Both the position numbers and the translations under genes were made by a program. A stretch of 64,000 nt of DNA, from the NCBI RefSeq assembly GCF_018350175.1, contig NC_058368.1, positions 105,278,001 to 105,342,000 on the forward strand. Direction: 5' to 3'. Source of the stretch: Felis catus. Taxonomy: Eukaryota. Of this stretch, positions 14,516 to 27,149 are shown in pieces (within the stretch, counting starts at the first letter, position 1; each line of letters begins with the position of its first letter). A model generated the notes under the pieces. That model worked only from the letters and a program-made list of their open reading frames with translations. It was not told the DNA's origin and did not search any database.

Positions 14516-15291
14516 AAAATAGTTTTTATAAATAGTTTTAATATAACCACACAAGCAAAATACAAACTGCTATACAGTACTTCTCTCGCATGTAACCACC
14601 ATTTGATTCCACCTAGTTGCACGAGATTTCATATGCTATATTATAGCAGAATGCACTTAAGCTTATCTTATTTGAAGCAGTTTTAAAGAGAAAAATTCTA
14701 TATGCAGTCCAAAAAAAAAGTAAAGAATGAAAAAGAAAATAAAAAATTAGTTTCTTGGAAGAGGTTGCCAAAAAGGGATATAGTATCCATCGCCAATTAA
14801 TCCACCCTGAAATTCCACAGAAGGAACACCACATTAAAGCAGATAAGGAGAAGAAGAAAAATTTCATTGAAGCTGTATTCCCAGTAGGGTAGTTCTGAGT
14901 GTAAATTCAGGTTCTCAGGTTCTAAATGCTAACAACAGAGCAATTCTGGATGTAAAAGCAGGCATATCTAATCAGGCCACCCTTCTAAGGAGAGGAAGGC
15001 TTTGGAGGATTTTTTAATATCGTTTAATGGAAACCAAACTTATGCCTGCATGGAATTATAGAGTATTAAGAAAAGGTCATATGTAATGTTTTCTTTTCTC
15101 AGTTTTCATCCTAGGAGTTGACTTTAGAGAATTTTCTCATTCCCATGTTACCTTTCAAACATTTGCATTAGAATAGATGTTTTACTTTAGGAAAGCCCTT
15201 TAAGAAATTCTTTGAGAATATGAAAATACTGGAGTCTTTCAACTTCTAATGTGTTTTACTTCAAATGTAACTTTTATAATACTAAAATATA

Positions 15292-15486
15292 GGGGAGTGC
15301 CTGGGTGGCTCAGTCAGTTCAGCCTCCGACTAGCTTTTGGCTCAGGTCACAGTCCCAGGGTCTTGGGATCAAGCTCTGAGTCAGGGTCTGTGCTGACAAT
15401 GCACAGCCTGCTTAGGTTTCTCTCTCTCCACCCCACCCCTGCTTGCCCACTCTCATCCTCTCTCTCTCAAAATAAACAAACTTAAA
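15292..15486 (+). mobile_element. CanSINE (older)
   Basis: SINE head and tail; TSD ataatactaaaa. Confidence 0.92.
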
Positions 15487-15628
15487 ATAATACTAAAACA
15501 GGTTAACGTGCTTCAGAATTCATTACCTGACATGATTCTATCCAGTAATTTAGCCCTCCCTAATGTCAAAGGAGAAGCTTCAGGTATTGGGTAGTATGTA
15601 ATACTTTTGTAAAAAGGTTAAAAAAATT

Positions 15629-15838
15629 GGGGCACCTGGGTGGTTCAGTCGGTTAAGTGTGCGACTTCCGCTCAGGTCATGATCTCATGGTTTGTGAGTT
15701 AGAGCCCCACATCGGGCTCTGGGCTGATAGCTCAGGCCTGGAGCCTGCTTCGGATTCTGTATCTTCCTTTCTCTTAGCCCCTTCCCCACTTACACTCTGT
15801 CTCTGTGTCTCAAAAATGAATAAATGTTTAAAAAAACC
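15629..15838 (+). mobile_element. CanSINE directly abutting an L1
   Basis: ggggcacctgggtggttcagtcggttaag head; tail aaaatgaataaatgtttaaaaaaa. Confidence 0.95.
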
Positions 15839-17231
15839 CACAAAAACAGACACATAGACCAATGGAAAGAATAGAGACTCCAGAATTGGACCCACAAATG
15901 TATGGCCAACTAATCTTTGACAAAGCAGGAAAGAATATCCAATGGAAAAAAGACAGTGTCTTTAACAAATGGTGCTGGGAGAACTGGACAGCAACATGCA
16001 GAAGAATGAAACTAGACCACTTTCTCACACCATTCATAAAAATAAACTCAAAATGGATGAAGGACCTGAATGTGAGACACGAAACCATCAAAACCCTAGA
16101 GGAGAAAGCAGGAAAAAACCTCTCTGACCTCAGCCACAGCAATTTCTTACTCAACACATTTCCAAGGCAAGGGAATTAAAAGCAAAAATGAACTACTGGG
16201 ACCTCATGAAGATAAAAATCTTCTGCACTGCAAAGGAAACAATCAACAAAACTAAAAGGGAACCAACTGAATGGGAAAAGATATTTGCAAATGACATATC
16301 CGACAAAGCGCTAGTATCCAAAATCTATAAAGAACTCTCCAAATTCCACACCCGAAAAACAAGTAATCCAGTGTAGAATGGGCAGAAGACATGAATAGAC
16401 ACTTCTCTAAAGAAGGCATCCAGATGGCCAACGGGCACATGAAAAGATGCTCAACGTCCCTCCTCATCAGGGAAATACAAATCAAAACCACACTCAGATA
16501 TCACCTCACACCAGTCAGGGTCGCCAAAATGAACAAATCAGGAGACTATAGATGCTGGTGAGGATGTGGAGAAACAGGAACCCTCTTGCACTGTTGGTGG
16601 GAATGCAAACTGGTGCAGCCGCTCTGGAAAACAGTGTGGAGGTTCCTCAAAAAATTAAAAGTAGACCTACCCTATGACCCAGCAATAGCACTGCTAGGAA
16701 TTTATCCAAGGGATACAGGAGTACTGATGCATAGGGCCACTTGTACCCCAATGTTCATAGCAGCACTCTCAACAATAGCCAAATTATGGAAAGAGCCTAA
16801 ATGTCCATCAACTGACGAATGGATAAAGAAGATGTGGTTTATATATACAATGGAATACTACTTGGCAATGAGAAAGAATGAAATCTGGCCATTTGTAGCA
16901 ATGTGGATGCAACTGGAGAGTATTATGCTAAGTGAAATAAGTTATACAGAGAAAGACAGATAACCATATGTTTTCACTCCTATGTGGATCCTGAGAAACT
17001 CAACAGAAGACCAGTGGGGAGGAGAAAGGGGGGGGGGGATTTACAGAGAGGGAAGGAGGCAAACCATAAGAGACTCTTTAAAACTGAGAATAAACTGAGG
17101 GTTGATGGGGGGTGGGAGGGTGGGGAATGTGGGTGATTGGCATTTAGGAGGGCACCTGTTGGGATGAACACTGGGTGTTGTATGGACACCAATTTGACAA
17201 TAAGTTTCTTATTAAAAAAAATTAAAAAAAA
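15839..17231 (+). mobile_element. 5'-truncated felid L1 (ORF2 C-terminal part + 3'UTR), inactive
   Basis: Colinear with ~1696-3075 of the first L1; translations '[28 protein letters not shown]' and '[17 protein letters not shown]'; frameshifts and stops; A-rich tail at 17211-17231. Confidence 0.97.
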
Positions 17232-18465
17232 TAATTTGTTTTATCATTAACATAGGAGCTTAGCAATCAGATAGCTTTAAAACATGCTAGCAAATATTTT
17301 ACTGGCCTGAAAGAATCCTAATATGGTCCAAAATATTAGTTAATACAGAAGGAGAGGTGGGTTAGTTCCTAGAATCAGAGTTCCCTATGTAATAGAGGGC
17401 TTACTTATAGGTGCAGAAATTTAAGAAAAGACAAAAAAAATATGCTCTACTTTAGGCAGCAATAAGTAATCCTGGTTTGAATGATGAAGTGGGGGAAGAA
17501 TGGACAGGTAGAATAGACACAGGAAGGAGATGGACATTAACACAGCACACCAAGCATGAGAGGTTAGACCCATGAAATACCCAGGATACAGAAGGACCAG
17601 ACTTACAGGGGAGCCCCCTTCCCAGAGCTTCATCCTCAGCATTGTCCTACCAGCTGACTGGGGAGGGCAAGGAGGGAGAATGATGGAGGTCATTGTGACT
17701 TAAAAGATTCCAGGGTAAGTGTATAGCAATTCAGTACTTAGATCAGAATTATGGTTTCTAAACAAGACTTGGGGTTCTCGGGCACATGGGTCATATTTAC
17801 GGAGGACAGACTCGCTCTGTGAGTAGGGGTCCCTGACCTCAGCTGTGCCTTCTCAGTGGTGCCTGTTCTGGATTCCAGGGAAGTGATAACATCCAGAGAG
17901 TGGGTTTCATAGAGTCAGCTAGCTTTTTAGGAAGAAAGCAAAAATTTTATGAATGAGTCATGAGTCATAGACATGTTTTGAAATTTAGTTCCAAATGTTA
18001 CAGAATGCTGGTGATTTTAAACACCGGAGTAAAAGAATTATGTCTTTATTTTTCTGTTCTGCATTTTTTAGAGGAGGGAGGTAGGGTAGGGGAGAATTCT
18101 TTCCATTAAAACAAATGAAATGCTTTCAGACAGAGGTTAAAAGAGGACTAACAAGCAACCGTTCTAAATAGACATTTGCCTGAGGAGAAAAGATGTACAA
18201 GACAAGCAGTGGGAAGATTAAGATACCTTCAGAAACAGAAACACAGGCCCTGCTCTGAGGCTGCTGACTGAGCCCCCATCACCTCACACAATGTTTGTAG
18301 AAAAGGAAATGTTTGGAGAGAGTATCTGAAACAAAAAAGGGCTGGCTTAGTCATAAAGCTCCAATGTCAACGAGCATAAGGCCTGCTTCTGAACTTACAA
18401 GGCATATACACAGCTTCTCAAATGCCATCCATAAATATGAAAGGTCGCCATACACACCTTCCCAC

Positions 18466-18466
<1 letters not shown>

Positions 18467-18506
<40 letters not shown>
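18467..18506. repeat. (GAAA)10 microsatellite
   Basis: Ten perfect GAAA units. Confidence 0.97.
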
Positions 18507-18508
<2 letters not shown>

Positions 18509-19259
18509 ACAAAGAAAAAGGATCAATGAGAAAAAAGGGACTTCACCTACTATCCATTCAAGCCCAATCACCTAGCAGAGAATTTGCAGATTCAAGTGTC
18601 ACTTGTGGGCTTGTGATAACCCAGCTTGAAGACTCAGCTCTGATCGTGATCTTGCAGGAGCAGCCTCACTATTTGCAGTGGTTTCAAAATTATAGTAAGT
18701 TCTCAAAATAACCTGCATGTTTATCTTTGAATATTTACCCAAATCCCATGGATGTGTGTGCATCGCAAAGGGATGGCAATGGGCATAACAAGGGGGCATG
18801 GGCTCTAAATTCTGGATGAGATAGCAGGTCTCCTTAGTGGTTACCCTGAAGTTCATGTTTCCACTGATGATCAGTAGTGGCTTAAGATCCCCGGAGAAAA
18901 CTGTCCATCCAGATCCAATAAGCACCTGCATTCACAGGTGTTTAATATGATGTGAAATTTTACCTGTTATTTGCCAGAGACATTTTAACATTTGCCTGGA
19001 ATATCTAATTCTCAGGAGACGAATAGAAAATGAAAAACAGGGATCTGAATCCCAGCTGTGCTAATCTTAGTATTTTGGTTGTGCCTCAGGTTCCTCATTG
19101 CTCTAAAACTGCAATAGTGTTGTAAGAGTTTGTTGGGAAAAAAAAAACATATGGAAACTTCCACACCACTTCCTTTTCATGGAAGTGTCTCTTTCTCCTA
19201 GAGATGCTACATCTATACAGTGGTGTGGTTTATTTCAACTCATCCCAAACTCAGTGGTA

Positions 19260-19668
19260 CAGGTCAGGTGGAATTATGTTTATTCTACTAGCTACAAAAG
19301 AGGCACTAAGGCCAGTACAGTTTCAAGGGGAGGAAAGTGAGATTCTACTTGAGGGGGGTGGCCAGCTTATGTTTTTTTTTTCTTTTAATGTTTATTTATT
19401 TTTGAGACAGAGAGAGACAGAGCATGAGCAGGGTAGGGGCAGAGAGAGGAGACACAGAATCTGAAAAATGCTCCAGGCTCTGAGCTGTCAGCACAGAGCC
19501 CAATGCAGGGCTTGAACCCACGAACTGTGAGATCATGACCTGAGCCAAAGTTGGACGCTTAACCGACTGAGCCACCCAGGCACCCCAGTCAGCTTATGTC
19601 TCAGAAGAGCATGTGGGATGGGACATACTGATGTGGCCATCTTTGGCAAATATGGTCAGTGGTACATG
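19260..19668 (-). mobile_element. Old MLT1-type (ERVL-MaLR) LTR fragment interrupted by a SINE
   Basis: 'ctaaggccagtacagtttcaaggggagg' and 'gtggccatctttggcaaatat' resemble late MLT1 LTRs. Confidence 0.5.
19373..19586 (-). mobile_element. CanSINE
   Basis: Full-length SINE; TSD cagcttatgt at 19363-19372 and 19590-19599. Confidence 0.96.
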
Positions 19669-21651
19669 ACTTGTTGCATAACCAAAGTGTGAAGGTCAAA
19701 AGCTGAGTATAGTCTGTTGGCATTTTCTTTTTAACAAATTCCAAGTTCTCCTCGGGAAGATAAATACTTAGAGTGAATGAGTACAAGGATTTTGGATTCA
19801 GGAAGACAAAAGAGAAAAGCATATTAAATATTGTAAAACATTCTCAAAAATGGACCTATGACTCAGATAAACTGATACGGATTCTGAGCCATGACTTCAT
19901 GGACATAATTCCTTGGCTTCCTACAGACTTAGGTATCAAATACGAGAGATAGAACATTTCCTTTTATTTAATTAGGTTTTCTTTCAAATTACTTTTTATT
20001 AAAGCAGTACTATATAAAAGCTGATATTGCTGTGTGGCTCAAGTCTTAACTAAACAATGGGTATCTCTTCTGCATAAGGACTGATTTGAGAAAAAACTTT
20101 AACTTCTGGGTTCAGAATAAAACTTTTCCCCAGACAACACATGCTTTGGTTAAAAATATGTTTAAGTCTATATAGGTTATTTTTTTAAGCAGAAATATAA
20201 ATAGTCCAAACAATGAGACACGATTATCATCAATTTTATTTCACACAGTAAAAAAGAAAATCTACTTGAAGCAAACAAAACAGATAAGTTCCGTGCTTTC
20301 ATGAAGCTTATGTAGTGAAACTCATTCCGTGTTGTTTCACTGAAATATTCCTCAAGAAATTAAACTGTTTTGTTAAATGACAACATTGATAGGTAATGGC
20401 ATGAAAAATCGTTCCATTCCAAATGGCAGAATCAACCATTCCAAAAACTGAAATGGCATGAATAATCATCCATGATTTGTCATTCTTCTGGCTAGACCTA
20501 GGCCAAATAAAGACTGCTTAGGAGGTTGTTGCCAGATTGATGTCTCCTTTGCATTTTTATTAATGATTTGTAAAAGTTTTTGCTGATGAAAAAAATATGT
20601 GTGTGAGGTGCTGCGTATCTTGTAAAACTATATTGACATCCCTACTGAGTTTGATTAGAAAAGTAAACAAATATAAACAGTCTGAAAATTAACAGAGAAA
20701 TCATAATCATTAGTTTAGATATGAAAAGCAAACACGATTAAAAATAAAGCCAAAAATAATGAAAACTTCTGTTCAGTCGTTCAGTCTGTATCTTTTAAGA
20801 CTGCCTTTCAAAGAATGATTCTGGAATCACCTTCATCAAAATTACTTTGGATATGAGAGACACAAATGTGGAATCCTGACTTGTCCCAGACCAGAAAGAA
20901 TAAAAGAAGAGAAGGAGGGGGTTTGTACACCAGTTTTAAAGAAAGTCTAAGGCAAGAAGAGGCTGGCATCCAAGAATCTTCCTCCATACTCTAAATCAGG
21001 CCCTCCTCACCTTCTATGTATCCCCACCACACACAATTTTGATGGCTCATCTCAAACTCCACCACCCTGAAGCTATTCCAACATTCCAATCCTGTTTTAA
21101 CTTGGTCCCTCATTGACCTATAGTCCTGATCCTATGCTTCCTATTTAGCCTTTGATTATGCTGGATTCTCTATCATTCCATAACTGTCATATCTGTAAGC
21201 TTCGTGCCAACTCCCCAGGGCCCAAAGTAAGCAGTCAATCTTTAGGACTAGTTGGTCAACCACACACAGTCAGAGGAGCGATGAGCAACCTTGTTTTCTA
21301 AACATGGAAATGTGTCAAGTGGAATGAGCTACAAATGAGAGTATCAGGGCAAGCAGGATGAAATCTGCTTCATGAAATCCCTTCAAGGTGTTCTGTATAA
21401 AGATTCTTGGAGCACATTCCTGCACCAAAGCCATAGATTTAAATGCACAATCCCAACCGGCACCATCTCTAGCCTTAGACCAGCAAAAATAAAGAAAATT
21501 CAGTTTTTCCTGACCTCCCTGCCTACACACATCTTACTCAGGTAGTTGGAGGCCCGGGGCTGCACCAAAAGTAGACAATGGTCTTAAATGGTTTAGGCAA
21601 GGTGGCCAAGGAGCTGGCAGATAGCTTACTCCTTAACTAGGTGAAGATTAG

Positions 21652-22395
21652 TATAGGGGAGGAAAAGCTATATCTCTACCCTCTTAGATTTTGTAACTGG
21701 AGGGTGTAAATTTAACTGAAACAAGATAGGGGCACCTGGGTGGCTCAGTCAGTTAACCGTCAGATTTCGGCTCAGGTTATGATCTCGACTCCGTGAGTTT
21801 GAGCCCCACATCAGGCTCTGTGCTGACAGCCTGAAGCCTGCTTCAGATTCTGTGTCTCCCTCTCTCTGCCCCTCCCCCATTTGTGCGTTTGTCTTTCTCA
21901 AAAATAAGTGTTAAAAAATATTAAAAAATAAACTGATTAGTTTCTCAGTAATAATTGAAAGACAGATTAATAGGGGAAAGCATACAAATGTATTTTATGT
22001 TAATGTTTTTACGTGATACGGGGCTTCATAGGAAAGAAGTGAAAACCTGAAAGTGGTTAGTCCTGAGAGCTTTGATATCATCTTAACAAAGGTTGATACA
22101 CTGGAGACGAAGAACAATGGGTTTGGGCCTTTAGAAGCAGTGAATTGTGGGAAGGTAAATATATATGGGAAACTAATGAAGGATTAGGGTCATGTAGTGA
22201 GTTTTTTTTGTACAAATTCAGCTTAGCATCAACTCCCTCCCCAGTGATAAGGCTGGTACAAGGAAGGGACCTTTCTCATGGGATATTTACACTCTGCTCT
22301 TAGTGAGAAAGAGGGAGAGGACAAAGCCCTTCCTCCATCTGCTGTTTCTCGACTTCCTTCAGTTCCAAATAACCAACATGCCAAAGCAGTGTTCA
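21652..22395 (-). mobile_element. ERV1 solo LTR, MER34/MER39-like, interrupted by a SINE
   Basis: 'aagacagattaataggggaaagcatacaaatgtatt' and 'cttccttcagttccaaataaccaacatgccaaagcagtg' match my recollection of MER34-family LTRs. Confidence 0.65.
21729..21931 (+). mobile_element. CanSINE
   Basis: ggggcacctgggtggctcagtc head, A-rich tail. Confidence 0.95.
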
Positions 22396-22454
22396 CTAGC
22401 TACCAGTTAAAACCTGAAAACTCCTGTTCATTCGTGCAGTCTGTATCATTTAAG

Positions 22455-22620
22455 AGTGTCTTTCAAAGAATGATTCTGGGATCGTGTTCATCAAGGTAAC
22501 TTTGGATATGAGAGACACAAATGTGGAATCCTGGGCCTATCCTAGACCAGTTAAATTAGAATATCTGGGGCGGGCCTGGAATCCACCTGTTCAACAAGCT
22601 TCCGAGCAATTCTCAGATTT
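22455..22620. mobile_element. MER5A-like hAT-Charlie MITE (partial second copy at ~20800-20894)
   Basis: 'aatcctgggcctatcctagaccagttaaattagaatatctggggcgggcctggaatc...aacaagcttcc' follows the MER5A layout. Confidence 0.7.
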
Positions 22621-23544
22621 TGTGTTTTTTCATGCACGAGGCTGCTTTCGTGCACAGCAAGGCATGGCTGGATAGCCCCCTTTCTTTGGGTCTGTGTTCC
22701 AGAGTTCACTACAATCCTCACTGGCCCCTTTGACTCACTCACATTTATCTGACTGGTCCATATAGGAGTTTGTATTTTCAACCCACGGTTGAAAGCCTTC
22801 CCGGTTGTGTGATGAGAGGTACGTGATCAGCAGCCTCTGATAAATCAGACTTGCTAGAGATGTTTCCGGAAACCTCTTCTGCCCAATTTACTTCAGTTCA
22901 GGAAAAAAAAAAAAAAAAGTTAGAAACGTAGTGACTCTAACATGACAGATGGCTACATTTAGCCTCTTGGGACTTGGGGAAAGCTTATGACCCTTCTCTC
23001 TACACCAAACTGCTGTCAGGAAGCTGTCTAAGAAGGGACTCCCAGAGCCTTATCCTTTGATGGCTGGAACAAGGGGATCAATATAAACTATCTTTATGTC
23101 ACTTCTACAACTGCTGAGAGAGAAGTCATCAGGGAATATCAGAGGTGACCTTAGGATTCTTTCCCAAGACCATGTTAATTCTGACCCTTGGGAAACAGAG
23201 GTCAGGAGAAAATGTCATAGGAGTAAGAGAAAGGCAACACTGCTTGAAAATTAATGGTAGTCCACTTAAAATCAATTACCCATGAAACTCTTACCTATAT
23301 CCACACAATCAGAGCATATTTAGATAAGCATTCTACAGATAAGCTGCTTATTCTTACCTCTACCAAAAATACAGTACCTAATGACTATTTCATTAATAAT
23401 ATTAGCTAAATTTTTAAGATAAAAATAACCCATCTTATTGTCCCAAATTATTTGTTCATAATACCTTTCTAAGTAAATACACTTATATACATATATAGTT
23501 TTATAATCAAAATGCTCTATTTTGTATTCTGCTATTAAGATCTT

Positions 23545-23785
23545 TTTTTAAGCTCTTAATGTTTGTTTATTTTTTTGAGTGAGAGACAGAGAGATTGAGT
23601 GAGCTCAAGGCGGGGGGGGGGGGGGCACAGAGAGAAGAGGGAGACACAGAATCCAAAGCAGGCTCCAGGTTCCAAGCTCCAAGCTGTCAGCATAGAGCCT
23701 GACGTGCGGCTCGAACCCACAAACTGTGAGATCATGACCGGAGCCGAAGTTGGACACTTAACTTACTGAGCCACCCAGGTGCCCC
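23545..23785 (-). mobile_element. CanSINE with an internal G14 run
   Basis: Full-length SINE, reverse complement; G run at 23612-23625. Confidence 0.95.
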
Positions 23786-25091
23786 TTTAATAAAATCTTT
23801 CCAACTTTAGTACTATGGGGATCCCAAATATGGTGAATAAAATGTACATACAAGAGCATAATAGTTGAGGAATATAAATCTTTCTTTTAACAATAACTTA
23901 AAAATCTAGTAACAGCAGGAAGCTATAACAGTTTTTTTCCATTATTGAAGCTGCATCCTGACAGGGACAACATGCTCACTAAGGGAAAAAAAAAAAAAAA
24001 AAGCAAAACAAAACACAAAAAAACCTTTCTGCCATCATTCAGTTTATTAAATGCTTTTCAAATGACTTTCATAAGCATTGCTTACTTGATGATTCCCCCA
24101 TTTTCACATACCTCTATATGCCTTTGTGGAACACAGATCATACGTGGCAGTAAAAGCCAACTGATGTATCTATTGTTGGACTGGTTGTCTACGGAGCATT
24201 CAACACCCGGCATGACTATTAAGTGAGAAGTAAATACCCACAAAGATTGCTGCTTGTCAGGACTATTAGCAACATTGGATTTATGTGGCATTGCAGAGAG
24301 AATTATAAATGGTAACACTAGTTATTCTGGGCAGGCAGAGGCTATGAAGTACCCCAGTCCTTCAGGGCTTATTTTAAGGGGGTGAGTCAATGGGGACCTG
24401 ATGGGCTCAGTCCCTCATGACTCAGGGTCATGAGTTCAAGCATAGATTTTTGTAATAAAAATCTCAAGCGTGGCTAGATCGAGATGTTTGGATAATGTCA
24501 ATGGGATTCAGGATTCTGTCTCTGTCTTCCAACCCTACTTTCCTCTACAGTGGGTTCGTTCCCCACTTGCTGGATTGAGGGGGACACCAGCAGCTCCATA
24601 CCTGCAACATCTATGTTCAGCAACCCCAGTCGGACAAGAATTCCTTTTTCAGAGCCGTCTCACCTAAGTCCTGCAATTCACTCTCTGGAGGGAATTTTTT
24701 TGGATAAACAGTTATGATTGGATAATGCAAATTTTTAGATGGGTATGATTGGTTTATGTGGGCATCAGTGGACCCTTCAGCAAGGTCAGCTGCACCCAAG
24801 TTATATAGCCTGAGAGCAGAAAAGGGGAAATTACCCCAACAAAGTTGAAATGGTTTTCCTAATAGTAGCACTAACAGGAACAGACAAACACACAATAGCT
24901 AGACAGTGCAAGCAGACACGATAAAAACTTGGTCTCAAGTCCTGATTTACAGGACCATATTTAAACCGATCGTTGTTAAAAAGAAATAAAATCCAGAGGA
25001 ATGGAAACTTCTATTGAAAACTGTTTTGTTCTAAGATGGCAACCAGTTATTAACATTAAATTCAAATGAGTGAATTTCATCATGACAAAAA

Positions 25092-25599
25092 GTGGCCGGA
25101 ACAGATAATGAATCATCCCCACCACCTGCCAATTGTATTCTAATCCTAAACGCTGGATCTTGTCAATATGTTACTTTGCATGGCAAAGGGAATTTTGCAG
25201 ATGTGATTAATATTAAGGAGTTTGAGATGAGGCGATTATACTAGATTATCCAGGTGGGCCATACGGACATGACTCCTTAAAAACACAGAACCGTGCCTGG
25301 CTGTGGTCAGAGAAAAATGTCATCATGAAGGGTCAGAGAGATCTAACATTACTGAGGATGAAGACAGAGAATAGCAATCAGGAGCCAAGGCATGTGGACA
25401 GCCCCTGGAAAATGGAAAAGGCAAGAAACCGATAATCTTCTATAGCTTCCAGAAGGAACATAGCGCTACCATCACCATGATTTGAGCTCAGTGAAACCTC
25501 CATTAGTCTTCTGACCTCTGAACTGTTAAGACAGCAGTTTTGTGTTGTTTGAGCTGCTGTTTGTGACAATTTGTTAGGCAGGAACAGAAAACTAATACG
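25092..25599 (+). mobile_element. MLT1D-like solo LTR
   Basis: 'atatgttactttgcatggcaaagggaattttgcagatgtgattaa...gattatccaggtgggcc...ccagaaggaac...gaaaactaatac'. Confidence 0.88.
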
Positions 25600-26495
25600 G
25601 CAATTATTCTGGCACTCTGACATAGCCTGTGGCCTAAGTTCTCAGGACGTGGTCAGTTCACACCACTTGGAATAGCTCAGAATGAAGACCTCATTTTAGC
25701 AGACACATTTCATGCTCACTGAATGCCCATGTGTCACCAAACTTTTCCAGGCTCTGTGCAGTCAGAGAGAGTCATATGATTTTGAGTTTAAGTAACATAT
25801 TCCACGTCTTAGGCTGAGACAACGAAATGCCCCGCTCTTCCCCTGCCCAGCTCTTTAGTTCTCTTCCCCGGGCAAATTGGAAGGCTCTTGTTTAAACGGT
25901 GGTGCCCCAAGACACAAACATATGCCCAGATACCTGAGATTTTGCTAGAAAGGAGCTGCCTGGAGAACCACTAGACTTGCAAAAGATTTTGCACGACTGA
26001 AAAATAAAGTTCTGTATTTTAAATTATCGGCATTTCCAGGTTTGTTTGTTTCTGCAGACTTATCAAGACTATCTTGACTGGTAGAGTTACTTGGAATAAT
26101 GCTATTTCAGGAAACAGAGGATCCAACCTATCCAGTTTATTATGGAAACTACTTTCTAATTCCCTCTCTCTTATTAACCTATTAAGCTGTATCATTTATG
26201 TTTCAATTTCTCTGTACATACAATTAGGAGATATATAATTTTATATAGCATGTGGGAAAATATTCCTCTTATTTGTGTTGTTTTCATCATACAATAATGT
26301 ATTTTAATTTAGAAAATAAAAAGAAGTTTTGTATTTTTTTAAGTGAGAAATAATATTCTCATTTTCCCGTCATTGACTGGTAATGATAATGGAGATTCTA
26401 TGCTTTCACGGTAAGTTTATACGACGAAGATTTGTATTTGTATGATGAAAATTGCTTTTGTTCTACCAAAATTTTACATTTAAGACATTTGCCAA

Positions 26496-26603
26496 GGGGC
26501 ACCTGGGGTGGTTCAGTCAGTTGAACATCTAACTCTTGATTTTGACTTGGGTCGTGGGATCGAACTTGGCATTGGAGAGCTCTGAGCATGGAACCTGCTT
26601 AAG

Positions 26604-26641
<38 letters not shown>

Positions 26642-26740
26642 TCTCACTCTTACTCTCACTCTCTCCCTCCCTTCCCCTGACCTTTCCCCCCTCTCAAGCA
26701 CTCTCTCTCTAATAAAATTAAATAACGTTTTAAAAATTAA
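26496..26740 (+). mobile_element. CanSINE with expanded (CT)n
   Basis: SINE head; CT repeat at ~26605-26660; TSD aagacattt(gc/ac). Confidence 0.92.
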
Positions 26741-27149
26741 AAGACATTTACAAAGATATTAATGAATTTCAGGAAAACTGCACACTTAATGGCCATCAAA
26801 AGGTCTTAACTGACATGAAAAAGTAAACTCTCAATCTGAAATGCTTTCCTAAGAGAACCAGAATGTAAAAAAAAAAAAAAAAAAAAAAAAGAAGTAAACC
26901 CAAAATATAGTCAAGTTTAAATAGAGTAATGACTTAATATTTTCCATTTAATCATCCAGGGTGATAATAACAGCTTAAGAAGAGCTAGAGAAAGATTGCC
27001 CAATTCCTCTCCTTCAGTGGATGGAAGACAAAATTGAGAACTATTGGGTAATATATGCCAGCAACCAACAGGAACAGAGATTATACCTGAGGGCAAATCT
27101 CAGGGCAGTCAGAAAGTAGTTATGTTGTTAAGAGTAAGCAAAAGTCATA

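Noticed and set aside
1659..16157. Similar antisense ORFs at 1659-2015 and 15828-16157 suggesting a gene family
   Set aside because: Both are the reverse strand of homologous L1 ORF2 sequence
18313..18711. 132-aa ORF with a KKERKKERK stretch
   Set aside because: The charged stretch is the (GAAA)n microsatellite; no ATG start or homology recognised
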